DNA from: Marsupella aquatica
Lineage: Eukaryota > Plantae > Marchantiophyta
Reading direction: 5' to 3'
Length of the DNA stretch: 64,000 nucleotides
NCBI GenBank assembly: GCA_973895155.1
Contig: OZ316894.1
Coordinates: forward strand, 20,466,451 to 20,530,450
Shown: positions 35,811 through 49,900 of the stretch, in pieces
Numbering within the stretch: the stretch's first letter is position 1
How the letters are laid out: every line of letters starts with the position of its first letter
Notes under the pieces: generated by a model
The model's input: the letters and a program-made list of their open reading frames with translations, nothing else
Database searches by the model: none
What the model was told of the DNA's origin: nothing
Made by a program: the position numbers and the translations under genes

Positions 35811-38064
35811 TCTGTAGACCTCTATTTCCTATGCTTTCAAACTACAGTAGTTTGATGAGATCATTTTAGATCATGTCACCTTTTTACCTGGAAATAATCC
35901 ACTAGTTATTGGTAATTCATTTTTTCCTTCTTTCTAGGTTTTTGGGGTTTGCATTTGGGTTTGATGTTTGTTCTCTCTCCACTCTTTGGCTTTTAGTACA
36001 TTGTACTTTTTTAGTGAATTGGTCATTTTCTTTCCTGAGGAGCTGACTTGGAGCAAAAGTGAACCCAGAATTGGCAAGCTTAATAGTTTTCCTTCTTTAA
36101 TAATGTTCCTTGATTATTTACTGACCCCCATTAGGGGTCCTTTCTAAAATTCCTGGCTCCATAGCGTGCCACATCATCATGGCACGCTGCAAACAGGAAG
36201 AGATTTGTTTTTGGATAAAATTAACTTCTGCATTCGTGTTTGTGACAAGTTTACTGTAGAAACTAGGATGCCATGCCGTAAAAAAGAATGTACAAAAAAC
36301 TGACATGCAAATCAAAAGACAAAAAGATTGAGATAAAACTTCTCCCAATAACTATTTTATTTACATTTTGATTTTATTCAAAACATAAAAAATTTCCTGT
36401 AACAATTTTTGATTTGACATTACTAAGTCAAATCATAATGAAAACTCACGTTTAATATGGCGTTAGAAAGATCTTGAAGAGACGGTCCTGATGAGCTCAG
36501 CATTGTCATCATTTGGTAAGAATTGAGTAAATAATTTGAAAAATAGATTTTACTCGTGATTTCATAGTCTCTAACATGAATAGAAATCTTTGTTGTACAA
36601 CCCCTGAAATGTTTACCCCTTCCATGAGAATGAACCTAAAATTGACAGATTTTATCGAGTACTAGGAGATTATGAATTTTAGAATTTCTTTAGTTTTTTA
36701 ATGAACTTAACATTGATAGATTTAGTTGAGTTCTAAGTAGATTATAAGTTTCCAATGTTCTTTAGCTTTCCAATGAGTGTAACATTGTGAGATTTTATCA
36801 AGTACTAAAGTGGTCATGAGTTTCTAACTTTCTCTAGCTTTCGATCTATTCCAAATTCCACAATTGAAGATTTGTTTCCATGAAACTTTTAGTCTTAAAT
36901 GATTATGCAAAGTTATTGATTTGATGACACCGATGACTTCTCTCTCTTCGTTATCTACGTGTATGAATTGAAAGTGATTACTTTTGATGCAACTTGAGTG
37001 CATCTAGCATCCCTTCGATACCGTGGAGGAAACCGTCGAGCACTGTTTTGCTGAAGTGGGCAATTAAGCTACCCACACATTAAATAGTAGTTGACAATGC
37101 AGCTGGTTTTGCGATCATTGATGTTAATTATGGTTGCCTTGGTAAATTTGGCAACTGTTTCAAGTGTCAAAAATTGACTTGTCCATTTTTGAATTTTTTT
37201 TTCTTTTGATTTGGAGGTCCATCTAGGCTTCAGTTTCTAGATAACTATCTCTAAAATAACATGGGGGTCCACGGATTAATTTCTGACTGCTCCATCCACT
37301 ATGTTTAAGGATAACCATCAGACCCTGGCTATTGAGGTGTGTAGCTAGGTGGGAAATTGGCTAATGGCAAAAGTTTGCATCATATGCCAGCGTGGTGCTT
37401 TATGCGGGGCACTGGTATGGATGTTCTAAACATGCGAATGAAAAACTCTCTTGGAAAATGGGGGTTTTCTTGCCTAGATGCCAGTTGTGTGAGTTGTTCA
37501 AGGACTGTTTGTCCCTTAAGCAAATTTTGACATTTTAATAAAATCTCTACTATGAATTGCACACAGTTCCCATCCCATCTGCCCATCTGATGGGCGATCT
37601 TCACAAGAAAACACTTACAATTAGGGTTTGAACATAACTCCCTAACTATTTTCTCATCACACTGGAAAAGAGCCCACATCAATTTTGAGAATGGATGAGG
37701 AAATTGGGAATCAGAAACTCAAATGTCCCACTGCATTCCCACAGTGTATCATCGCTACTATGTAGGTGTTATAAGTTGTAGTAAACTGTATGTAGCTCAG
37801 GTACTCTTTCTAGGCAAGAGTGGTAGGGAGTGTCAACCAGATTTTGGGCATAATGAAATTTCCATAGACTTTTAGTTGTCACCCTAGTGAGCCCAAGAAG
37901 ATTTGATGACAGGGTGAAATCAAGGGGAATTTTAAAGCTTTTGAAACTCACATATACCATTTGGTGAAAATGCTCCTTGAAATTCTTTTCACCACACTTC
38001 CAGTTTTCACTAATATTACTTGATTGATAAAAGCTTTTGGCTAAGGCAACGTGTCCTTGATGTA

Positions 38065-38425
38065 GGGCCGCTTTACAAGACGGGTGCGGCAATTTAGTCT
38101 CTCTTTTTTCAGGATCGAATCAATCACGACCGTTGTTTCAGCCTGCCCGGGCGCTCCTTGCTTTAGAAGACTGGCACGGCAAGTTGAGCTGCAGGAACTA
38201 CCAAACCTGCATTCTGGTATGGATCAGCTCGGGCCAGCCGGCTCGGGACTCTCATCTGGGGGCCAGACTATTGGACCTCCGGAGGTGCAAAAATGGGCAG
38301 GTGGCTTTCTCTTACAAGACCTGCCTTGGTCTGGTGTAGAGTCCTACCGTACACGAAAAGTCGGGCTCTGTTACAGCCCTAGTAGAAAGCACTCAGATTG
38401 TCACGCCCGTCTTGTAAAGTGGCCC
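38065..38425. mobile_element. Tourist-like (PIF/Harbinger) MITE, 361 bp
   Basis: ~27-bp TIRs GGGCCGCTTTACAAGACGGGTGCGGCAAT / ATTGTCACGCCCGTCTTGTAAAGTGGCCC. Flanks are GTA and TTA (imperfect 3-bp TSD). Confidence 0.8.
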
Positions 38426-40261
38426 TTAGTCCCCAATTGCTGGATAGGTCAAAGCCATAAGCTTTGCCCTGCTTGCTAAGCAATTCATAATGCTGCAAAA
38501 CATTAACTAACTCTTGATTATTGACAATTCATACGGTCCCTACTTTTTTGTTGGTAATATTGGGAAAATGCCAAAACTGCCAGGAGATTCTGTTATCTGG
38601 GTGCAAGACCATTCTGCCTTGTGTCCTGTTTTTCCAACCAACCAGAAAAAACAAAACAAAAAACACTCTGGCTTTGAAAGTCACACCCTCACATCTTGCA
38701 TTTGAGGTTGAATCCTCTTCTGGACATGACTCTGGAGAAAAGTTCAAAGTCAAGTTATCATGCAGGCAGCTGCAGGCTTTCCAATCATGACCCCACTGAT
38801 CATGACCAACGGTAGCGGAAGAGCACTCTGCATCCAAGGAATGATACAATATAAATAAAATGCCATATAAGTTACTAGAAAGTCATGCAGCTTTGAGCTT
38901 ATGGATCATAACTGCTGTCTGATTCTAAGCATATATTTAAATTCAATTTATTCTATCATTCTGTGTCTCTACCACGAACTCAAGATCGGTCACACACGTC
39001 AAGATTGTGATGTTCCACAAAGCTCAGGATTCCACGACTTGCTTTGACATATACAAACTGATTTTCTTAGTATACCAGCGAGTTGGCTGTCAATGAGTCC
39101 TGTATAGAGTACATAATGTTAAAGGAAGAAAGGCAAGATTGTGGCTCTTTAGTGAGTCTGGAGCACTGCAGCCTGCAGCCCTCTTTGTTTGCTGCCCATA
39201 AGGCTCCATTTGCTTCTAAATGTTAAAAGTTGTGCATGAATCCCACTTTTGGGTGGAAGGTGTGTTAAGAGATTGATAGTCTCCAGCAGAGTTTGATCCC
39301 TAGAGTGGGCCTGCCCCACTCATCTGCTCTACCACTAACCCAGGTCAGTCCAGGTCTCCTCATGCGTGGTAACTAATCCAATACTAGGGTAGGGCAATGA
39401 GATTGGGCAGCAGGCAGGCTATATCATTAACTTGTCTTGATCTTGCCTTTCGTCCTTAATGGACCCATCAGAGAAATAACTCAAATGATGGGAAAGCCCA
39501 CTCATCAAATAACTCCAAGGGAAGGCAGTTCAGGATGCTCAAGTATCTTACTCTTAACCTGGTTGGAATTGACCAAAGTCATCTTAACTTACCTTTAGAA
39601 TTTAGGGAGTGGCCATTAAGATTTTTTCTAGCCAAAAAGTTTCCTGAGTGTAGTTTTGCTGGTATTTTGCTGATACCTAGTCAGCATACTTTTGCCAGCT
39701 ACCTATGTCAACAGAAACATGTTTTCCAGAGCATTTAGCCTCTTATAAAGTTTTCAGGCTGATGTATGAGGAATTTAATTTCCTCCTCATTTCCCTAGGC
39801 ATGGTTGGCATGTTTTTCCAGCCTGACTATTTTTAATTTTAATTAATTTATTATTATTATTATTTAAAGGGAAGAGTCAACCACAATAGTTGAACCCAAG
39901 ACCTATGAGTCATGGGTTTTTCCAACCTGACTATTTTGGAATGTCATCCGGGAATGTCATATTATCTGGCTTGGCATCCTTTATTTAATTAAATATTATT
40001 TGCATGAGCTTAATTACTACTATGGTACAGATGCATCCATATATATATTCCGCTCCATCCAACAGTCAGACTGCCTTCTCTGTCCACTTCCCTCTCTGCT
40101 GGAGCCCCCCGTTTTCTTTCTAATTGCATTAAGCTATGAATTTACCCCAATTTTGGGTAGGATTTTTGTTGAAAGAATGAACAACTCGAGGAGGCCGGGA
40201 TGCTCCACTCATCTGGTCTACCATTGACCTATGGTCTGGTAACATCCAGTTCCTCTCATGC

Positions 40262-40398
40262 CTAGTATTTAACTTAATGCAAGAGTTGTGCAACAGCCAC
40301 CCTAATGGCAGGCGGTAGTCAAGGCTAGTCTAGTATTTAACTTAATGCAAGAGTTGTGCAACAGCCACCCTAATGGCAGGCGGTAGTCAAGGCTAGTC
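40262..40398. repeat. Near-perfect tandem duplication, ~68 bp x2
   Basis: CTAGTATTTAACTTAATGCAAGAGTTGTGCAACAGCCACCCTAATGGCAGGCGGTAGTCAAGGCTAGT occurs twice. Confidence 0.95.
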
Positions 40399-43300
40399 AG
40401 CATTGATTAGTCTCAATCTTGCCTCTGTCCCTAATCATCCAACCGGGCAACTATGTACAGGTCAGGTCCAGTTAACAATAATAAAAGTAAAAGGTTGCGC
40501 CCTAAGTGGTAGTCATTCAAATTTGGCTAGTCTTTTTGGGTGAAAAAAAGGCAACTGAACAAAGAAAAGAATAAACAAAATAGAATTATATTTGGTGTAA
40601 ATGCACGCTTTTCCAAACAAGAAGAAAAGGACAAAGTCTTCCCAATCACGTCCACGCTTAGAAAGTGCTCCACTGACCATCCATGCTATACCATGCATAG
40701 AAGGTACTCCTCCCTCTATCATCCATCCATGCCATACCATGGTGCATGCTATACCATGCATCCATGCACAGGAAATGCTACATAATGACAGGAGTTTAAT
40801 TCCAATCCAGAAACTGGTACTTAACCACAGGAATTTAATTCCACATCAAAAACTGTACTAAGTGTCGCACCAAATATGAAAAATAAAAAATGCAGGGCCA
40901 TTTGGAGTAAGAAAAACCTAAACAGGAAAAAGCAAATGAATACACCCAAAAAAAACCATCCCAACACTAAACTGAGTGAAATGTGCACTCCTGACAGGCC
41001 GGGAGTGACCACCACTGGTCCTTGGGTCCAGATGCACCATAGCAGTTACAGGTCCCAATGAAACTCAACCATCCCCAGCCCTATTTTAACTCCTTGCCTT
41101 GGTTCCAACTCTCCGCCACCCTCGGGCCTTGCTGTTCTCTCTTGCCACTCCATTTAGCATTCAAACTCGCATGGGTTTGGGGCCAAAATATCAGAACCAA
41201 AGTTGATCTGGGGTGGCAGGTCCTTGAAAACATATATTCAGGGATCACCTTCTCTCAAACTTCCATTTGTTGAAAAGTTATAAAATCACACCACCACCCC
41301 AAGGGGGCATGGTGTGAGAGTAAGAAGCCAAGTAAACTTGGATGTGGTTACCAAACAGGTTCCATGCAAGGGTAGGAAAATTGTGCCACTGAAAAGTAGG
41401 CTGAGTCGTGTTGTTGTCGTCAAGAAGCAAAGTGCACATGCAATACAAAAAGGCACAATGCCCCTAAGCTAGCTTCCAGGAAAGAGAGTTCAATCCCTGG
41501 CACGAATCACCCACAATAAACCTAAACTGCAACAAGAACCCAACCCTGAGGGGCACCAAGCACAAACAGAGCCAGCAACAGAACAGCCTCCTCCCCCCTC
41601 TCTCTCCAAGAGGGTGGAAGGGCCATAACCGACCTCTTGAAGGGTTCCAGCCCAATCTACCGAACAGACTAAACCCATGACCCTTGGTCTGTGGGTACAG
41701 TATCTTGTGTTGCCTTGTTGCTAAATCTCAACCCACGACCCTCGGGAGGGATTAGGTTTGGGAGGGTATAGGGTTTATGGAGGTTTGTGTTCTGGGCATA
41801 GGGTTTATAGAGGTCATGATTAGGTGTACATTTAACATCTAGTCAACCCAGGCCATAATACAAAGGACATGTGGCAATCACTAAAGACCTGATCGAAACT
41901 TGGGAGCATCAATGGTTTTCCCAAGCTAGTACTGTGGTCCCAATGTGGGAGTCTCAAAGCTGAGGGTTACCAACACACAAATTTATTTCCATACGGATTG
42001 GTTGTATGTGATTACCTTCAGTCACTTAGAGGCTAGTGAAAGAAAAAGAAAAGAAAAAACATTTTCCAGGACCCTTGTGAAAATGTTACTATCTAATGTC
42101 ATCTCTGGGATTTCTAAGCTTTGAGACTGGCCTAATGATGAAATCTGTGAGTCAGAACGTTCAATGGACAAGGCCTTATGCAGTTGCCATGAAGCTTTTA
42201 TTAACACCAACGAGTGAAACGAGTGCGTCGTCATACTTAGAAAGTTCACCGTCAATCGCTTCACCAATCTAGAATTATTCTTGTACATCTTTGACCAATG
42301 GTGATAGTGAATCCCCGCGCGATATTTCCAATGATGAAGAGACTTCGTTAATCCGTATGCATCGACAACACGTCCGCCAACGTACCATGTTTTTGCTAGG
42401 CATCACCGTGATGGAGTTCACGGTGATTCCTAGCAAAAATTTATCAGGTTTCTCTCTAGTCATGCCCTGTACACAATACAGACGCGTCGTGCGTCATCAT
42501 TAGTAAGCTGTGATGCTATGAAACCGGTCTTGCTCCATCTCACCGAATCGGTGCGGAAGGCAAATCGACATCCATCTCCAAATTGATCGCCTAAACCCAA
42601 TCTCACAAGCTCCGTTTCAAGCAAGAAAAGGCCATGATCTTGCCTATACAACAGCTGTGCATGCTCTCGTGCTCGTGTTGAGAAGTCGTTTAAAGCCTGG
42701 AGTCATAATATGGACATCTGAAGTAAGTCTGAATCTGACTAGAATAGCATCTACGGAGGATCAATGGTCAGCTAAACAGATCCAATCTAGAACAGAATAG
42801 TTGTCAGCTTAGTTCAATGTGAGCTCGGAAGGGTCCAGAGATCATTCCGAGCAAGTGGATGAAATGTGGACATTGCCCTAAATTTTCGTAAGAGTCGACG
42901 GATCCTCGTAAGACGGAGTCTCGTAAAATTTCTCTTGAAGAGTCTCTTATCAACCGCGAAGATGAACTTCTTCACTTCACAAATTAAAGTCGATTAGACA
43001 AAGGTTTTAATTTTAAAACATACAAACAAAGTATGGTTAACGACAAGCCAACTCCACTTTCTGCGTTCACCAGATCAAGAAAGAAAGCAACCCCCTGATG
43101 AATGATGAGGCTTCGAGATTTCAGGTCGCTCAGCCGCTACTCACAATTGCTTTCGTTAGCAAATACCAAGACCAGCCAACAACGGAAAACAGTGAACATG
43201 GACCCTGTTCAACATCCTTTCTTTTGAACTTTAACGCAAACCAAACAAACTAGAGTCATTACAGAACTGACGTCCGATCAGAAATACCCGACAATGTACA

Positions 43301-46300
43301 GTAAAGCTACTGAATATGGGATTAGGGACGACATTTTGCAGTTAGTAGGAAAATGGTTCACAATGATGCAAACACGCAAACCTTGTAGCTTTGAAATCCC
43401 ATATATACACTTTCGATATTCACCTATGGGACATCCATTTAGTAGAGCTCCACTGTGCTTCCACTCTACCAGCCATGATGTCGTCTGCTCCCTGGCTGCC
43501 TCTTCTAAACTACTCAGAATGGTTCTAGTTTAGAAGTAAAACAGATATTAGGCGATGACCGCAATTTCCTTCTACTGTATATTGTAAATAATTTGTTAAT
43601 AGGAACTAAACTAACACTTGACTTTAGCCACCAGTTTCGAGCAGTGAGCTGTAGGCTGTAAGCCTAGCAGTAAATTGTATATGTTGTTTTGTACTTGTAG
43701 ATCTCAACAGTCTTAAGTTCATCAGACGTGTCGTAGGGAACCTAGTCTGATGTTCAAATCAGTTGCAGTGATCTCACCCTGATTTCAGTAGCACATACAG
43801 TACATCATACACTGGTGCAATTCACTGTCCATCTCGAGTTCCATCTACTGCAGATTAAGATGCACTTCCAGTTTAGTCTGCCATCTGATTGCTTACATCC
43901 TCGGGTGGATGACTGACGAGTCTTTGAAGGCTTGTACATTTTGACCTCATTGAATTAATTTAGTTTGATTCACTGTCTCGCCATTCACTCGTCATTCTGA
44001 TTAGATCCTGGACTGCTGACCATTTGTTTTCCAATTCTTAGCTAGATGAGTATGGACTCTTACATATACACTCTAAATAGTACATGACCGGGAGGAATCG
44101 GCAAATCTTTGACATCTATTAGTTGGATTTTACTCCAATCGGGTCCCTAGAAAGGCAACTATCATTCTTTAGTTCGTTCATTTCTCGTACACCAGACGTC
44201 AGTCAGAATCGAGTGCATTCGTCGGTCCACATCGATGGCTTAATCGAAGTCTCTGTTCCTCTTTCCCTCTGCTAGACTACAGCTATCCTTGAGATAGCTG
44301 AGTTTAGCCATCACTTCCAATTATTTAGGTCCACGCATTTCATCCTCTGCTCGAAATCAAAGGACATAAAATGGATCTTCGTAGGATTTTACCCTCTCTC
44401 TTTGAAAACGAGAATCAAACCGGCTCTTGACCTGATGTTTCTTGTCCATTTGCAACTCATCTTGTTTTGTTCACGGCCTTTTTCCCACCAGAAACCCCGC
44501 AAGTACCACGAAAACCTTCTCCACTTGTACTCTGAGGATGTTCGTGTGTGCAACAACTCTTGTCTATTGGTAATTTCGAGGACAAACCCTGACGGTGGTT
44601 ACTTAGCATTCCTCGGATACATGCATTAGTGGCGGGAAAACCCAAATCCTCCACAAATGACACGCATTTCAAAGTTCCGTGTGATAACTCAGAGTATGTC
44701 GAGTGAATCTGTGACTTTAATGCAGCTTAATTGAAGGCCAACCCGAAGGCCATGCCGATATGCTTGGTGGAGTTGTTCTTTTGTCTGGGTTCACCTGAAG
44801 GGGTGGATGTAAAGGAGGAATGTGCAAGCAATGCCAGCCTCTCTTTAAAGCGGGTTCGTCAAACAGACTTCAGTTATGTTTACGTGTTCTGTTTAATTGA
44901 TTTCAGTGGATAGGTGCAAAAATGTTGCCGAGTTTAGACAGCCAGAGATCGAGGTCCATTGCTCTTTCTCCCATGAAGGACTGACGGCACAGGTTAGGGT
45001 TAGGGTGTAATAAGGAGCTTTAACCGAAACATTCACCAAAAACCTCAGCAGTCTTTCTCCTAGAGCACCAGTCAAACACCGCAAGACGAGCATTTCTTTC
45101 CACCAGCAGCTGCTGAGCAGTCAGTTGTTCAGTGGTAGCCAGCCGGGCCTGCTACAGAAGGTACCAATAAAGAAGATGATATCATACTATGCGCGGGAGG
45201 TCAGAGACGACTAATAATTCGGTTTGGTTTCCAAGGCAAACAAGGTACCAATCATTCGTCTCTGATGGCTTTCCGTGTTTCCTTTTGCAGAAACTATATG
45301 TCTAGGATCAATACAACTTATCGCCGAGTGAGCCTGTGAACGATTGGCTCTAGCAGATGCCCATGATTCCGTGTTTTCTTTGGCCCGTACATTACGACGG
45401 AGTGACTCAACAAAATAATAATACTGAATTTATGGTATCAATAATGCGTGTGATTCGACCTTGTGTTCCTGCAACCCCTTGCTTACCGGGCCGGCCGTCA
45501 GCAGTCCGTGGCCGGGCATGTCAGCACGGACTCCAATGCAAATCTTGGATTGGAAGACGGAGTGACGCGAGGCTAAACAGGCAGGAGCTCGGTGTCGACG
45601 ACGGCAGGTTACAGTTGGAGCTAGCTCACATTAGCTTGGTAAGAGGTGCACCTTCAGAACAGTGAACACTGTTTCCATTCATTCCATTTGTAAGCGGAAA
45701 GGTCTAGCAGGAGTACTGAATCTGAGCTTCCCGGCTATCAATTGCATAAATTTGTTCCAATGTGTCTTTCCTGTCGCTAGTTTCATGCTTCTAGAAAACT
45801 CTTTTTGTATGTACCAGGAGCGATAGCTGTTCTGACACCTACGAGATCACTATCTGCTCCCTACAAATAGGGAAAAGAAACATTCAGTAAACAGTAAGAT
45901 CAAACCCAGAGATGTCATAATTGATATATTACATTCATATCACGAGTTGTGACTGATTTGACTTCACAAAGTACTGCAGATATTTTGTGATTTCAAGGGT
46001 GCTCGTCGCCGAACGCATGCTGAGTTGTTCCACTTTCAATGGTGGATGTTCTTCTCAAATTTATGAGTGTGCTGTTAGTCACTGGTTTTCGAGCACCAAG
46101 AACTCTTGCAAGTACCTGCTAGGGGAAGTTGCTAAGGGGACACTAACCTAGATCGCTGCTTCTTTCAAAATGAGACCATGACAATAGAAGTTCAGTGCAC
46201 AATTATGATGTTCGAATATATCCAGTGTTGTATTTCGAAGAAGCTAAATTCTTGTTGCCATAAAGTAGAGGACGACGCTGCTGACTGCACGCTGAGTGTG

Positions 46301-46880
46301 GAAAGTTTTAATAACAGGGAAATGGATAACAAATTTATTAGTTTGCTGCTGGTCTAAGAAACTGGAGACCAGCAGCAGACTATAGAGTCAGTCTAACAAG
46401 ATCGCCTGGAGTTGAAGGTCATCCCATTCTTATTAAACGGACTTTATGAACTTCCAATATGAGCAAAGACTAGGGCGAGGAGAGGGAATTTCTCGATCAT
46501 AGCTGAACCTTGACATCCTCTTGTCATACTACTCCCGCCAAACCCACAAATTATGTTGTCCTATTTTCTCCAAACCTCGTTTGATATGTCGCTCAGGTAC
46601 TCAATGACAGTTCAAGCGTTAAGAACAAAGAACATGAATTGCCATTTGCAAATATTCTCTTCAAGGTAAGTATTCTCTCGTGAGATTAAGACCTTTAATT
46701 CTAAGCAGGGACTTCGTCTTCTCTACAAATAGTTTTCCATCCAGAAGAAACAATTGAAAATTTATTGGTTTGTCAGAGCATATAGTGTAGGATTCGATAC
46801 CGACAAAGAAATAGTAGCAAATCTGTCCAATTGCACCTGCTAATCCGTCTCTCGTTACTCGTTAGTGACGCAAAGAACTG

Positions 46881-46981
46881 ATAGGGGGTACTCATTCAAC
46901 TCCATTCTTTATGTTCATCTCTGTTTACAACTGATAGGGAGTACTCATTCAACTCCATTCTTTATGTTCATCTCTGTTTAC
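46881..46981. repeat. Tandem duplication, ~52 bp x2
   Basis: GATAGGG.GTACTCATTCAACTCCATTCTTTATGTTCATCTCTGTTTACA occurs twice. Confidence 0.92.
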
Positions 46982-49900
46982 AGGAACATGATGGCCAGGC
47001 CAATTGTGGAAGGAGCCGAAACTAGGGTGGAGCCGAAGGAAGCCCTTGCTATAAGCATGGTTGGATCATTAGCTTGAATGCACAGTTGGCCGCCTATTAA
47101 GAAAAAGCGAGAAAGAAGCCATTCAAGCTGGAGCCTCGATGACAGTTCGTAGGTACAGTACATTGAACATTTCACCGGTTGGACCGCCAGTTCGACCGTT
47201 CAGGTCAGTCAAGCCTCATGAGGTTGAAACCCTACCAACCTAATCATCGATCTTTGTTTAAGAGCTCTGCTCAATCTCAAATCGACTCCTCGTTACGCAT
47301 GCGGCCCAAGCAATTACCAGTTTGGAGGGGTAAGCCAGATCATTGCGCTGTGTCTCCACCTCATTTTGCATCAGTTTTGAGCCAACAGCAATCTTCGTCA
47401 GAATCTTAATTCTATCGACATCCTCGACAAAAGAACAGACAGACCATTCATGTTGACAGTTTTTGAAGTAAGGCATATCTCTTGAAACGCAAAATATGTA
47501 GCTAGTTTTTGGTCTGCGCTTAGCTAGAAATGCAGTGTGCCTCATTTCCATGTGACTTGAGAATTTCACGAACTCAAGTTCAGATCTGTATGGACATTTG
47601 TAACCTTTGCAGCTCCTGTACCACATTTGTTGATGGTATTACCCTACATGGCCAACAGTCAAGGATTCATTCAATGCACTGTCACGACAATTTCATGAGC
47701 ATTGATTCAAGTCTCAATCGGTTTTCCCTTGCTACGCCAACAATCGGGTCTCTACTACTCCACCTTAACGGTCTGTGCTACCTTGAAGAACTTCGATACA
47801 ACAACAGAGCATCATGTCTAGATTCTTCGGCGTAAGGTTACTAAACACATACATCGATGTGCACCATGAGTCCTAAATTTCAAGGCTTCTATCAAGTGAT
47901 CGAGTGTTAGCTGCATCTGGGTCAGTTTAATGTCTCCACCAGAGACGCATAAGTCCCATGAACAGAGGTTTGCAGGTCACATACCTCACCCGCAAATCCT
48001 CAAGTCATGAGCTCCAGAAGTGTTGTGTTTACCGACTGCCCTTCCTCCGATTGAAAATCGAGTTACGATTGTCGAGATGTTCCCATTTTACTAATGTGAC
48101 GATTGCAATTTCTGAATCCGATAAGTATGCACAACAGAAATAAATAACGAGCTTAAATCGATGAATTCGATTGAGTCCATTGCAAGAAGCTCCGCCGGGG
48201 TTTGAAGAAACATGAACTCCTCTCTTGGACGACTCGTTCGACGATAACATCAAATGAACTAGATGAGTATTTCCAGTCACTCACTAAGAGAATTGTGTCA
48301 AAGAGGGATGTTTACTTTGACTAGTGAGTGCTAATTCTTCAAATGGAAATAGAGGTGAGGACAATCAAAACATTTTTGTTGACTCATCAGAGTGCCCCAA
48401 TCCTTGTTTTTCACTCTCACCCCCAACTTCACTTTGGCCTCCCTAGTCATGATTTATAGGTTTCACTCTAGACAGTAGACAGGAAGACTAACTATTGATG
48501 TCCATTATAGTTTACAGTAGATGCATGCCCTTACCTAAACCCTAACCTTCAACTGGTGATTGCTCCGGATGGCCTCAGGTGACATCTAGTGCACTTTGGA
48601 CTTGTTGACAGCATACTATGCCCTGGTGCCATCCAGGGTTCCACTAAGAACAAATAATAATTAAAAAGTAGCCTGAGTGCCAGAGCATCATATTGGAATA
48701 CACATTTTATATATATTAATGAAACAAAGGGTACAAGCTTTACAAGAACGAATGGCTAAAAATGACCGTCCAGGTGTGTTGTAGCATTTCCAACTGTATG
48801 TACCCAGGTCCATTGACAAGGTGGTCAGGTAGTGCATTTGATAGTACTATAGAATAAGCCAAGAAACTGAGAGATCGTTTCAAAACACCATCTCAAGAGT
48901 TGGTTTAAAGATTAGATTGTGAAGATAAGAATTTTGGGACCCAATCAATTCCATGTAGGATTGGGAGAGTCCTTGTACAAGTGTCTCTCAATTTAGGTAA
49001 AGCCAAAGTGGACTGGTCACTTGATATAATGGAAAGTTGTAATGAAATCTAACAGAAAAATCCTGGATGTGACTGGTCAGTTTTTGTCAGCTCGTTCCTG
49101 TAAAACCCACAGAGCAGACCCAATGCATGAAATGGAGGGTCTGCAGGATACAAAAAAAAAAATCACACTTTTATTATGATTGACATGGTACCTTTAAAAT
49201 TAAATGTCATGGTATTCCCAATAAGAACCTTATACGTCATGATATGAAAGTGTAAAAGGTTATGCATGGTAACAAAGGGAACCAAACCCCTTCATTTGAG
49301 TGACAATGGGGACTGCTGCACACGTAGCTGCATGCATAGAATATATATAGGACTCCACTGAAAACCTCATCTATGTTTTTTTGTTTTTGAGCTTTCTATG
49401 GACTTTACAATTTGGCCGCATGTTTGCTATGTGTTAATGACACTATATTAGTAGGGAACCTAGACATCGCGACAATTATTATCTCCCCTCTTCCCATTGT
49501 GACTTTTCTCCTTCCCCTCACCTGCTGCCTACCACCCACCTGAGTGTGTCCGGCAACTGAAGTCAACCCCCAAAAGCAATTCAGGAGTTTGCGCCAGGAG
49601 TTCACAAAATGATGATTAAATCAGATGGCCATAAAACAATCCTTCCCTTTTGGCTCTTGGTTGTTATTGGGTTTGGTAGAAGTAGCAACATTAGTGCAAC
49701 CACTTGGGAGGTTCTAGGTTCTGTCCCTAAATCTGTTTTGCTTAATTTTATTGGGGGTATGAGAGGATATCCACATAGCCAATCTGTAGCCTAATAATAA
49801 AAGTATGTCTAGAACTGGCTACATTCTCTGGTGTCCCGCCTGGTGTAAGTTGATTTGGGTGTCAGGTGTAAGTTGATTTGGGTATGGGGAGAAGAGAGTG

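Noticed and set aside
44994-45005. (TTAGGG)2 telomere-like motif
   Set aside because: Only two units, which can arise by chance.
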